From the NCBI GenBank assembly GCA_002269645.1, contig NIVC01000886.1, positions 1-64,000 on the forward strand: a stretch of DNA of 64,000 nucleotides, in the 5' to 3' direction. This DNA comes from Macrostomum lignano (taxonomy: Eukaryota). The position numbers and the translations under genes were made by a program. Shown piece by piece: positions 36,888 through 49,780 of the stretch (the first letter of the stretch is position 1; each line of letters starts with the position of its first letter). The notes under the pieces were generated by a model. The model saw only the letters and a program-made list of their open reading frames with translations. It did no database searches and was not told the origin of the DNA.

Positions 36888-38267
36888 ATGTCCGACGACA
36901 AGTATATCGAAGTTTTCCAGAAGCTTGACGAAGACCGCGACGGATCCATCAGTCCGGACGAGATGGCCTCGGCTCTGCGAACAAGTTTTCCAGACATGGG
37001 CGACTCTGAGTTTGAGGTAAGAGTTTGAGTTAGTCTATTTTTTAATCCTTTTTTAGCGCCAGACTAGCTATCAACGCTCCCATAAGCCCTTGCGTCTCGG
37101 CAATACCTTACTCTCGCCGTGACATCTTAGCAACCCATCCGTAAGCCGTGACATCTTAGCAACCCATCCGTAAGCCGTGACATCTTAGTCAGCAACCCAT
37201 CCGTAAGCCGTGACATCTTAGCAACCCATCCGTAAGCCGTGACATCTTAGCAACCCCTCCGTAAGCCGTGACATCTTAGCAACCCCTCCGTAAGCCGTGA
37301 CATCTTAGCAACCCATCCGTAAGCCGTGACATCTTAGCAACCCCTCCGTAAGCCGTGACATCTTAGCAACCCCTCCGTTAGCCGTGACATCTTAGCAACC
37401 CATCCGTAAGCCGTGACATCTTAGTTAGCAACCCATCCGTAAGCCGTGACATCTTAGCAACCCATCCGTAAGCCGTGACATCTTAGCAACCCCTCCGTAA
37501 GCCGTGACATCTTAGCAACCCCTCCGTAAGTCGTGACATCTTAGTTAGCAACCCATCCGTAAGCCGTGACATCTTAGCAACCCATCCGTAAGCCGTGACA
37601 TCTTAGCAACCCATCCGTAAGCCGTGACATCTTAGCAACCCATCCGTAAGCCTTGACATCTTAGCAACCCCTCCGTAAGCCGTGACATCTTAGCAACCCC
37701 TCCGTAAGCCGTGACATCTTAGCAACCCCTCCATAAGCCGTGACATCTTAGCAACCCCTCCATAAGCCGTGACATCTTAGCAACCCCTCCGTAAGCCGTG
37801 ACATCTTAGCAACCCCTCCGTTAGCCGTGACATCTTAGCAACCCCTCCGTTAGCCGTGAAATCTCTGCAATTCCCCGCAAGCCTTATAACCCTGCAATTC
37901 ACATTTGCTCCCGACTCTCACTCTAAATTCGCAGAACATGCACAAGCTCGCCACCATGGGAGGAAGTCGCAGTCTGGGCCAGAACGATTTCGTCTCGTTC
38001 ATGAAAATCATGGAGATCAACGCCACCACGGACAAGGACCTCCTGCCAACCAGAGCGGTCCAGCTGTTCTATCTGGTTCACGACGAGTCCGAGGCTGTTG
38101 GCTGCGAGGAGCTTGCCAAGCTCAACCCGGCAGAGCACAACCTGACACCCGAGGAGGTTAACATTCTGGCGGTCATTTCCAAGCGTCTGCAGGATCGCGG
38201 TCTAGAAATGATCGGCTTTGCCAAACTCTGGCGTGACGTTCAGGCTGAGCTGCAGAAGAAGGAGTGA
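36888..38267 (+). CDS. EF-hand gene 2: calmodulin-like protein with one canonical loop (153 aa)
   Basis: Exons 36888-37016 and 37935-38267, phase 0; loop DEDRDGSISPDE; TATAAATA near 36776. Confidence 0.85.
37118..37860. repeat. 29-bp intronic minisatellite (GTAAGCCGTGACATCTTAGCAACCCMTCC)
   Basis: Period from 37141 and 37170. Confidence 0.96.
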
Positions 38268-38961
38268 TAAATAATCTGTGTAGCTGGGACGGTGTGCGCG
38301 CGCCCTCTAAGAAAAAATAAGCTTTTTTATAATTCCAATTGTTGATTTCAATAGTCAAGTTAATTAAATAAATCGGCATTTTTTCGGTTCGATTAAAAGC
38401 TTTACTATTATATCTGGCTTTCTTTTTCTTTGTTTTTCTCCTGAGAATGTACATGACTACATAGCTGAAGCCATTAACGCTCTAATAGGGCAGGTAATAC
38501 ATAAGAACTTTCTTATTTTTATTCTAGTCTAGTTGCAAGCGTTACAATACACAATACTTAATTATACATCTCTAATAAACCCCTCTGGCTTGTCTCTACA
38601 TTCTACTTGCTTCCGCAAGACTTTGAGCCTTTGTGAGTACACTCTCTATAGCTCTCTCTCTCTGATATTATATTCACCGTGCAGCTTAGCTAGGGTGAGA
38701 ACTGGCCATATTGTACCCCTCTTCTGCTGTCTCTTATTGAGCTCGATCTGGTCCAGAAACAACCGCGTACACACTTCGTAGGGTTATGAAAACTGAAACT
38801 AAACTATTTACTGATATTATTTCTACCCCGCCCCCTACCTAGCTAGACTTTCGTGTATATATCCGTGGACCAGGTGTGCTTTCTAGTGAGCTTGCGACTT
38901 CAAGTTTCCTCTGTCGTTTTCAGCGGTTGCAAAAACAAAAAACAAACAAAAGCCAATTGAC

Positions 38962-40471
38962 ATGGACGACAACAGGAAGTACAGAGATGTGTTTAAGCAG
39001 TTCGACCTAAACGGTGACGGTCACATCACCATCAATGAGCTGACAGTGGCTGTACAAGCTGCGGGAGTGAATATCAGCAAGGAGAGCCTACAGGTGAACA
39101 ACACTTGAATTTAAGCACTGGTATGGGCTGGGCGACTGTGCAAGGAGACTTCAGTGACTTCTTTTAGGCAAAATCACCCCGACTGAATAGCACTTGATCA
39201 CAGAATGACAGAATGACAGAATCACAGAATCACAGAATCACAGAATCACAGAATCACAAAATCACAGAGCTAGAGTCACAGAATCACAGAGCTAGAGTCA
39301 CAGAATCACAGAGCTAGAGTCACAGAATCACAGAATCACAGAGCTAAAGTCACAGAATCACAGAATCACGAATTCACAAGTTTTGCTAAAATCGATCACA
39401 TACCGACATAGACACAGACAAACCATTTTTAGCATATGGAAAAATCACAAAATCACAAAATCACAGAATCATAGAACCATATAGGAATCACAGTATCGCA
39501 AAATCATAGAATCACAGAATCAAATAAGAATCACAGAATTACAGAATCACAGAGCCAGAGTCACAGAATCACAGAATCACAGAATCACAGAATCACAGAA
39601 TCACAGAATCACAGAGTCACATAATCACAGAATCACAGAATCACAGAATCACAGAGCCAGAGTCACAGAATCACAGAATCACAGAATCACAGAATCACAG
39701 AGCCAGAGTCACAGAATCACAGAATCACAGAGCCAGAGTCACAGAATCACAGAATCACAGAATCACAGAGCCAGAGTCACAGAATCACAGAATCACAGAA
39801 TCACAGAATCACAGAGTCCCATAATCACAGAATCACAGAATCACAGAGTCAAATAAGAATCACAGAATCACAGAATCACAGAATCACAGAGTCAAATAAG
39901 AATCACAGAATCACAGAATCACAAAATCACAAAATCACAGAATCATAGAACCATATAGGAATCACAGTATCACATAATTATAGAATCACAGAATCAAATA
40001 AGAATCACAGAATCACAGAATCATAGAATCACGAGTTAGTCAAAAAGTCACATTATTAAATGATCACAGAATTCACGAGTTAGTCACAGAATCTCAGAAA
40101 CACAGAACCTGAAAACATTGAACATCCATCCTTATCGTAATTGTCTTCAGTCGATTCTCAAAAGCGCAGACATTGACTGCAGCGGCGGCTTGGACTATGA
40201 AGAATTCGTTGCATTCCTGAAACTGGCCTCAAAGACAGCAGCCCAGGACAGCGCTGAGACATCACCGCGACTTCAGCAGCTCTTCGATGTCGCATCTGAT
40301 GGATTCGATCTGGTGGGCCCTGACGAACTCAAAGCTCTCTCACCTGACGATCACGGACTGACCAGTCAGGAGTCCAAAGTCCTGACTGCTGTGATTGAGC
40401 TGCTCCAGGGTCGCAGCGTGGATCTCGCAGAGTTCGCTGACCTGTGGCGCAAAGCCGAGGCAGCCAGTTAG
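38962..40471 (+). CDS. EF-hand gene 3: calmodulin-like protein with two canonical N-lobe loops (150 aa)
   Basis: Exons 38962-39093 and 40151-40471, phase 0; loops DLNGDGHITINE and DIDCSGGLDYEE. Confidence 0.87.
39200..40110. repeat. 8-bp intronic repeat (CACAGAAT)n
   Basis: Read directly. Confidence 0.95.
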
Positions 40472-41747
40472 TGACTACAGGCGCCAAAATGATTCATCTG
40501 AACCACCTGGATAAATCTGATTTAATCAATAATTTAATCAATAATTTTAGCAGCTGAAAACTTCATGATAGATTCATAATCTTCGGTTCGTTTCTATAAA
40601 TTTAAAAATTTTTAAAAGTGCATTCGTGTGCAGCGAAAAAAAATAATTTTTTAAGCCAAGTAAGAACTTTTCCACTATTTCACTCATTATTTTGCTTTGT
40701 TTTTCATTAAATTTTAACGTTTTTACCATGCTCAGCAGCATGAAAACGATACTTATTCAATTTGTTTAAATTCGTGCTTCAGTATACTCTCGGCCTACTC
40801 GGAAATGTCGATTTTTTGTTTAACTGGCTAGCAAATGGTATTTAAATTTTCTATAGTGAAACTATAAACTATAAATATAAAAAGACGGCATCAAGATTTT
40901 GAGTTTTTGAGTCGACAGTCCTATACTTAAGCCCAAAAACAACTTACAGTGGACCCCACATATAGCCATGTACGTCGGGTGAACATCACAGAGAAAAAAG
41001 GCAAGCAAAGGAACGAAGGTAAATTAAGCTTCGAGGTCGAGTGGGGGTTAGGTCTTTTGAGAGTCTAACTTTTTTTAATGCGTTGCTTTGCCAAAAACCA
41101 AAAAAATAATAGAACCTGCGGAGATGTGCAATGGTTTTTAGCCTGAAATGAATCTAATAAATATACACTGCCGTACAGGCAGAGATGTTTGTAGAGACAG
41201 TTGAAAAATGACAATAGAAACTCTCTCTTAGCTGAGACACTCTTGAGCAGACACTGCCCAGTTACAGTAATAACTATAGGCGACAGAGAAATATGAACCT
41301 ATACGAAGGAATTTGATCGATGATAGGGGAGAGATGGTATAAAGACATTAGAGATATCGGCAGTTGAAGAGGCTCACTTAGAAAAAAATGTGAATAAGGC
41401 GTTAAACAGCGCATAAAAAATTTCATTCGTTGGGTAAGAGAGCCATTGCAGTTTAGCAGTATTAACAATTTCACCCACCCATCTTTTTGTGAGTTTACAA
41501 AGATGAAAGCAAACTTTTCTTTTGCTGGCTGTACTCAGAGAAACTTATAAAAAACAGCCGTACTCTCTAGCTGTGGCACACAATGAAAAGCACGCGGGGG
41601 TGGCTGTTGGACTGAGTGCCGTGCTCAAATATGCGCGCCCAAATTGATATTCAGAGCATATTTAAATAGTTTCGAAAATTTGATGCAGACAGAGTAGAGT
41701 AAATATTTATCTGGGCAAGCAGAGAAAAAAGCCTGATAAAAAGGCAC

Positions 41748-43188
41748 ATGGCAAAAATGTTTAAGCCGTCTACTTCTCACGACAGCATGTCGTCGCTGGA
41801 TGCGGCTCTGCTCGCGCAATACCGCGAGGCCTTCGACTCGTTCGACTCGAATCGGGACGGCCGGATCAGCATCAGGGAGCTGTCAGCGGTGATGGAGAAT
41901 CTGGGCGAGTCACCGAGCAAAAAAGAGCTCAAGGTAGGTGAGGTGTTTCACTTGAGTAAGGCGCCGTTTTTATGTGAGGATTGGCGCCATTTCAATTCAG
42001 GAGGCGCCATTTCATTTTATAGGGGCGCCATTTCATTTGATTGTGGGCGCCATTTCATTTGATTGTGGGCGCCATTTCATTTGATTGGGGTGCCATTTCA
42101 TTTGATTGTGGGCGCCATTTCATTTGATTGTGGCACCATTTCATTAGATTGGGGCGCCATTTCATTAAATTTGCTACTTCATTTAAGAGGTTGCCATTTT
42201 ATTTGAGGGGCGCCACTTTACTTGCGGTGGCGCCATTTCATTTGAAGGGCGCCGTTTCACTTTGAGGGGCGCCATTTTATTTGAGGTGGCGCCATTTTAA
42301 TTGAGGTGGCGCCATTTTATTTGAGGTGGCGCCATTTTATTTGATGTGGCGCCATTTTATTTGATGTGGCGCCATTTTATTTGAGGTGGTGCCATTTTAA
42401 TTGAGGTGGTGCCATTTTAATTGAAGTGGTGCCATTTTATTTAAGGTGTTGCCATTTTATTTGAGGTGGCGCCATTTTATTTGAGGTGGTGCCATTTTAA
42501 TTGAGGTGGTGCTATTTTAATTGAGGTGGTGCTATTTTAATTGAGGTAACGCCATTTTATTTGAGGTGGTGCCATTTTAATTGAGGTGGCGCCATTTTAA
42601 TTGAGGTGGTGCCATTTTATTTGAGGTGGTGCCATTTTAATTGAGGTGGCGCCATTTTAATTGAGGTGGTGCCATTTTATTTGAGGTGGCGCCATTTTAA
42701 TTAAGGTGGCGCCATTTTATTTGAGGTGGTGCCATTTTAATTGAGGTGGCGCCATTTTATTTGAGGGGCCTTAATAAATGAAGCCTTGCCTCCACTGTCG
42801 TCCCACTCCCCTCGGCGTATGTTTTATTAACTCAGTAAACCAGGGTAACAAAATAATAAATTTTGAAATATCTTCATTTCCAGGAAATGATCAAATCGGT
42901 CGACGGCGACGGCAGCGGCAAGATCGACTTCGACGAATTCATTCGCATGATGGAGGCCCGCACCGCCCAACGGATGAGTGACGCCGAGATGGCGGCAATT
43001 TTCGCGTCATGGACAAAAACAAAGACGGCATCATCACGCTGGACGAGCTTCGGATCGCCATGGACAACCTGGGCGAGGACATCACCGAGTCTGAGCTGCG
43101 CAAGATGCTGCGCCTGGCTGACAGCAACCGCGACGGCTGCATCGACTTTGCCGAGTTCAAAAAGTTGATGCAGTCGCTCGGAATGTGA
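41748..43188 (+). CDS. EF-hand gene 4: calmodulin-like protein with four canonical loops and an N-terminal extension; apparent 1-nt frameshift near 43000
   Basis: Exons 41748-41933 and 42884-43188; loops DSNRDGRISIRE, DGDGSGKIDFDE, DKNKDGIITLDE, DSNRDGCIDFAE; adding one base at ATTTTCGC restores AIFRVMD. Confidence 0.85.
41990..42770. repeat. About 20-bp intronic minisatellite (GGCGCCATTTTATTTGAGGT)
   Basis: Tandem units inside intron 41934-42883. Confidence 0.93.
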
Positions 43189-44101
43189 ACTCCGCGGCCT
43201 GCTGCAGATCTCGTGTAATCGTATTTAATGCGCCCTTTCTGTAAATTTATTACGAATACAAATACAGCTTCGGAAATGTATTAGACTTAACGATATATTG
43301 TCTTAAATCTATAGTTTGCTCTAGAATATTCCAAGGGACAATTATGTTTTGCGTTGCGATGCCTGCATATGCCCAACAAATTTAATCAGAACTATAAGCC
43401 TTACTACACCGGCGGCTATGTACTGCAGCTCAGGGTTTGTTGCATGCATACACGCACGTCTTTCCTCAGCTCTTCTCCCGATCTCCTTGCGAGCTATAGC
43501 TATGTATTTACATGCATCGATCATCACATATATATCCTCTCCATCTCCTCAATCCCTTCTGATCTCCACTCTCTCACGATCTCTTCTCATCCCATCATGT
43601 CTCATCACATCGATCTTAATTGTGTTATCGCATAGTTGTCGCTTCTAAAACGCTCGCAGCAAAAGCCTCCAAGTATTTCTTTGTGTCTGCGCGTTTTTCT
43701 TGTTGAATCCGGATCCCTTTCCCTTTAATCCCCGATTCCCATTTATTTAACTCCCCAACCTATTTTTTTAATCCTCAATCCGATTTTCATAATCCTCAAG
43801 CCAATTTCTTTAATTCCCCATATTTTTTAATAATCCCCAATACCCATTTTAATAACTTAATTCCCACTTTGCTATTCCTATAGAAACTCGTTTGCGGACA
43901 TGTCTACTACAGCTAAATCTTATAAAAGCCCCAAAATTCCCATTATTTTTTAACTTAACACAGCAGCCTCGCAAAGATCACAGAGTGAGAGAATCGTCAC
44001 ATTTGCGCTACAAACACAGCATTTTTAAATTTAACAGTATCGTTCTGATTGAAGTTCGATCGACTGAATACATTACATGTATAGTATGCACTGACTGTTG
44101 A

Positions 44102-44482
44102 CAAGGGCGTCGCCATGGATTTTATGGTGGGGGGGACAAAAGCCAAGAATTCTACATGTACATGTACATATGTACACTACGCACGTGCATATTATTTTTA
44201 GAATCGGTGTTGTCAGCGCTCATTGCTCATTTTGGCGCCACACGTACATATGTTGGCGCCGCAGGCACTCGACATTATAGCGCCTACTCATTTTAGCGCC
44301 TAGGCACGATCATTTAGCGCCGCAGGCACTTATATATATATTGTCACCCTGAAGTAAAATTTAATAATTTTAATAACGGGTCATGAGGTTGGGTGGGGGG
44401 ACAAAGCATTGGCAGTCACCCTACAACTTTTACTGGGGGGGGGGGACATGACCCCCTTCCATCCGCGGTGGCGACGCCCCTG
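44102..44482. mobile_element. hAT-like MITE, older copy
   Basis: TIR CAAGGGCGTCGCCA / TGGCGACGCCCCTG, G-run subtermini and GGCGCC subrepeats similar to the 31585 MITE; no matching TSD. Confidence 0.65.
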
Positions 44483-45790
44483 TGCTAATTGAATCGAATC
44501 TATACTGTAAACATGCGAGCCGCAGTTATATGAATTTGTATTAATTTAATGCACCTCTGATTCGTACATTTGCCACTAGCTTTGACCTAAAGCGGCTAAA
44601 GCCTCTAGATAGCCCTGTCATGCCTGCTGTAAGACTTGCACTTTGTCGAGACGTAATTCAAACTCGATTCTGATTTTATATTTCGAGGTGCCGCGTCACT
44701 ACTCCACCAAAAGTACCAACATGGTCTGATGCGAGAGCGCTTTTTAAATTGGGGCGCACTTTCGGAAGTTACAACAAAATACATTATCGATAATATACAC
44801 TAACAATCCTAACCCCCAACTAAACCAAAATGCATCCATTGAAATTCAATGATGAGATTTGCTACATTATCCCCCCCAACGGAAATTGACAATGTCCTCA
44901 TTGGCAAAAAAAAACTGCATTACACAAGGAGAAAGTTACATGTAGTTTACCTCAATTTTACAGTCACAAAGTGCACGATATATGCATATAAGTAGTGAGC
45001 ACATCAGTACTCGGCTTAATGCTACAGATCGGCGAAAGAGGCGAAGCACCGCACTGTGAGCAGCCAAGACGCATCGCAGAAAAAAACGGGCAACCAATGC
45101 TTCCATAACATTTCGGATGCTTGATTCCCCACAGAAATGCACAATACAGGGTTATAAACACATGAAAACAGCCCAAAGGGGACTTGCGACATGCCAACTT
45201 GACAGTTGAATACATTGAATTGTTCGATTTCAATGGGACCAGGAACAGCAATCGGCGATTTAAGGGTACAATTGCGATTAAATGAACGAATAGTTGGATC
45301 GATAGGTTATGCCTTAATAAGAAGCAATAAAAGAATTTTTTTTAAAATTATGCGATTATTTTGATATTGAAATATTGAGCGATAAAAGCGAAAGAAATAT
45401 TCGCACAGAAGGCATGAAAATAATAAGTAACCCTAAAGTATTTCGCGAATGCATTAAAACAGCTGAAATAGAGCAGCACAATTAGATTAATAATAAAAAC
45501 ACGACCGTAAATTCCAACAGAATTCTAAAGGGTATGCAGTACAGCGGCACGGCTGCGCCCAACTAGGGCCAAACTGAACAATTACTAATCCCCACAGTCC
45601 ACAACCCGCCAAGCATCGACCACCGCCACGCAAAAGAGGACTCAAGACAGATGGGGCAGCCAAAACGCGAACAAAATTGCGATTAAAACTTAAAACATTG
45701 TACATGCTGAACTTCAATTAGAGAAAAATTTTACACTCTGCATTTTTTAAGTCCAAGGAACCTCAGCACAGTCCATATCCTCACACTTTA

Positions 45791-48700
45791 TCAAATGACG
45801 ACCCAATCAGCGTCAAGCACTTCACTGCTGTCGTCACTGGCCGCTCCGCTCCGAGGCTGATCCGGGGGCCGTGGCTGATGCGCTCGCTTTAGTTTGTTGA
45901 CGTGGACCACCCGGCCAGCATCGCCGTCCTTGTACTCAACGGGGCGGACCAGGTAATTGACAGGCGATGTACGCCGCAGAACTCGAAACGGTCCGGTCCA
46001 CGGTGCCTGATGCTTCGGTGGCAGGCCACTCGTCCGCGACAGGGCCGACGGCGGCACAAAGAGCCACACCAGGTCGCCTGCTCGAAAACGGCGCCGCGCC
46101 GCCTTCTGGTCGTAATAGCGCCGCTGCCGTCTTTGTGCCGCTGCTGTCGCCAGCCTCACGGATTCGAAGGCGCTGAGCAGTCGATCTCGGTTGTCCGCGG
46201 CGAATTGTCCTGTAGTTCTCGGTGGCTCCGGCAGTCGGTAGACAATGTCCAGCGGCAAGGTCACCTCTCGGCCTGTCATCAGAAAGTGCGGCGTGAAACC
46301 GGAGGTTGCGTTGACACTACTGCGGTAAGCAAGGAGACAGTGTGGCAACACCTCCTCCCACTCGTCGAACTGGACGGTCTGAAGGTGGCAGCGGAGCATC
46401 TGGTGGAGTGTGCGATGGAACCGTTCTACCAGACCGTCACACTGCGGATGGTAACCAGACGTCCGCGTCTTCTGTACGTCGAGCAGTCTGCACAGGCTCC
46501 GGATTATTTTCCCGTCAACGGCCTTGCCACGGTCGGAGTGGAGGATGTGCGGTGCGCCCCACCGTGACACCCAATTGTCAAACAGCGCCCTGGCAATTGT
46601 TGCTGCTTTCTCATCCGGCATAGGCACCAGCTCCACCCACTTCGTGAAGTAGTCCATGATCGTCAACAGACGATCATTTCCATGCCGAGACACGCCGATC
46701 TTAACCACATCGATGCCTATGCGCTGCATCGGGAAACTGCTCACTATCGATCGAAGTGGTGCCCGCTGATGGCCGCTGGTTTTGGCGCGCTGGCACACCT
46801 GGCATGCTCTGACTGCAACTCTGATGCTCTCGGACATTTTCGGCCAGTAACACCTCGACTTGAGGCCTGCCAGTGTCTTCGCTTCGCCCAGATGACCAAC
46901 TTCGTGAATCTCATCGATCAGCTGCTGTTGCTGGCAACGCGGGATTACAGGCACGGGCTTCGACTCCACCAGTCTGTGCAGGGCTCCATCAACGAAACAT
47001 AGTTCTTTGATCTTCTGCGCCAGGATCAGGCTCCCTGGTGGTAGTCGGGCTCGTTGCTGGTCGCTGAGTCTTGTCTTGCCTTTGGCGAGAAGACGAAATA
47101 CTGGTCCGATGTCAGCGTCTTTGAGCTGCCGCTCACGCAGCGTCAGAGACTCGTTCGACTGCATTGCTCTCGCCTGGCCGGTCTCATCGTCGCCATCATC
47201 ATCCTGGTCATCACTATCGTTGAACTCCTCGCTTTCGCTTGGCCTCGGCTGCAGCTGCTGCTTCCGTCTAGATGGAGCGCGGCCAGCAGTCCTAGGGTCG
47301 TTCTGAGGGTCGGCTGCTGAAGGCGCAGGGTTTGTCGTCGCCACGTTGACCAGCGCGAGTTTAGTACCACCAGCTTCCACTTGACAGGGTTTTGATGCCG
47401 TTTGCACTGGTGTTTCAGCGAATTTTTCTGCTTGGCAAGCTACGTTCGCAGCCGGCCTCGCTGTCTCCGCAATTGGCTCCGTTTGACAAGCTACCGTAGC
47501 TGACGGCTTCCGTACTTCAGCTGCCGATTCTGGCCGACAAACCCGGCACTGGCTCGTACATTTCGATGTCCGGCGTGAAAGTGCATCGGCATTCGAGTGC
47601 TGACGTCCAGGACGGAACACTATCTCGAAGTCAAACTCGTCGAGGATTTGCAACCATCTCGCTAATTGACCCTCCGGTTCCTTGAAGTTCAGCAGGTACG
47701 TCAGGGCTTGATGATCGACTCTGATCGTGAATGGCCGTGCCAGCAGATAACTTCGAAATTTCTTTACAAATTCGACAACTGCCAGTAGCTCGCGCCGTGT
47801 CACGCAGTAATTGCGTTCAGCCCGAGACAGCGTGCGACTTGCATACGCCACGACTCGCTCTTCACCAGCCTGAATTTGCGACAAAACAGCACCAACTGCG
47901 CAATCACTGGCGTCGGTGTCCAAGATGTACGCACCGCCAGTGTCGCTGGTGTCCGGAAAGGCCAGGATCGGCGCGGATGTAAGCACTTGCTTCAACTGGT
48001 TGAAGGCCACTTCGGCGGCTGGTGTCCATTCAAAGCCGGTTGTCAGAGTCAGTCGCCTTAGCGGTTCTGCAATCTTGGCGTAGTCGCGAACAAATCTCCT
48101 GTAGTACGATGTCATGCCCAGGAAACTTTTGACGTCCTTTGGCGAGTGCGGTGTTGGCCAGTCGCGCACTGCTGCTGTCTTCGACTCGTCGACTGCAATG
48201 CCAGTCCTGGAGACTCGGTGACCCAGAACGATGATGCTGGAATTGGCGAAACGACATTTGGACGGCTTAAGACGCAAGTTGGCTTCGCGAAGACGCTCTA
48301 GCACCGCTCTTAGCCGATTGTTATGTTCGGCCATCGTCCGGCCCATGACGATAACATCATCTATGAAGACAAGGCACGCTTGCCACGTGAGTCCCCGGAG
48401 CACTAATTGCATCAAGCGCTGGAATGTAGCCGGTGCATTGCGGAGGCCGAATGGCATTACGTTGAACTCAAAAATGCCTTCGTGGCAGACGAATGCCGTT
48501 TTTTCTTTGTCTTTCTCATTCATTTCAACTTGCCAATATCCGCTTTCAGTGCGGAGAAAAAACTGTTGCCCTCCAGCGCATCCAGCGTGTCGTCAACGCG
48601 AGGCATTGGAAATGCATCGGGCTTGGTTACCGAGTTGAGCTGCCGGTAGTCGAGACAAAAACGTGCCGACCCGTCTTTTTTTCGAACCAGGACAATCGGC

Positions 48701-49780
48701 GACGCCCACGGTGAAGATGATGGCTGAATGACACCTCTGCTCAGCATGTCTTCGACCAGCTCTCTTTGCTGCGCAATTGCCGTAGGAGCTGCACGGCGTA
48801 GACTTTGCCGGATCGGTCTCGCATCACCGGTGTCGATGGTATGGCTCAGCAGACGGGTGCAGCCCTGGTTGCCAGGTGATGCGAACACGTCGTTGAATTC
48901 CAAAAGGAGGTCTCTGATCTGCTGCTGTTCACTCGCTGAAATTTCGTCGGCAATGTGCACTTCTCGAAGCCATGGTGCATTGCCATCTATTGAGGTTGTC
49001 GCTGTTGCCATGCTGGTAGACTGGAGCTGCGTCCCGCCTTGGCTGCTGAGTGGCGTGAACCATCCGATGGTGTCGCCTTCTCTGACAGCCACCGGTGCAT
49101 CGCTAGCGTTGATGATTGCGACGCCCATGCCATTGTTCGATATTTTGGCTACACAGCGAGCAATCAAGACCTTCGATGACCTGCTACCGTTGACGATGCC
49201 GGGTGCCTCCGAACTTGTCCATGCGGTCGCGTGTAACGGTCGGACTGGAACGGTCCAACCTTCACCAGGCTGTAACTGAACTGCTGCTGCGCCTGCCGCC
49301 ACCAGTTTGCTTGACTGCGCTGCCTGCTTCGACTTCCGCAGCGGCACTGTTGCTCCAAGGCCATTGAAAACGAGACATCCCGAACCGAGATGAATTGAGC
49401 AGTCTTGCTTGTCAAGAAAGTCGCATCCCAGAATTATAGGTACATTTAAGTCTGTCACCACCAGAAAGGTGTGTTGAAACTGGACGGATCCGAGAGAGAA
49501 GTACAAATGAATCTCACCCAGCACGCTCGCCGGATTGCCACTCACGCCATAGATGGTAGTTTTGCTGGGTTTGAACTGCCGCCTGATTGATCGCGCGATG
49601 TTGAGACTGATACAGGAAACTTCGGCACCTGTGTCGATCAAGCAGGGCCGACGACGTCTGCAGATGCGCGCGGTGACGAAACGCGCTTGACCGGGCTGGC
49701 AGCTGGGGCGTGAGGGCGGGGCCGATTTGCTCAGTGCCGAGAGGGCCGGTACTGGCCCTGTGGACCAGCCCCCCTGGCGT
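45791..49780 (-). pseudogene. Gypsy pol (PR-RT-RH-IN) disrupted by a small deletion and frameshift in RT
   Basis: ORF 48520-49641 ends FFSAL and ORF 45791-48523 resumes at (KSGYWQVE)MNEKDK; the usual LDL residues are missing near 48545. Confidence 0.85.

Noticed and set aside
34212-40471. Assignment of the EF-hand genes to flatworm tegumental allergen-like (EF-hand plus dynein light chain) proteins
   Set aside because: The C-terminal halves look like degenerate EF-hand pairs, not dynein light chain-like domains.
45791-46000. Chromodomain or env gene in the Gypsy element
   Set aside because: Pol ends shortly after the GPF-type motif and no env-like ORF follows.
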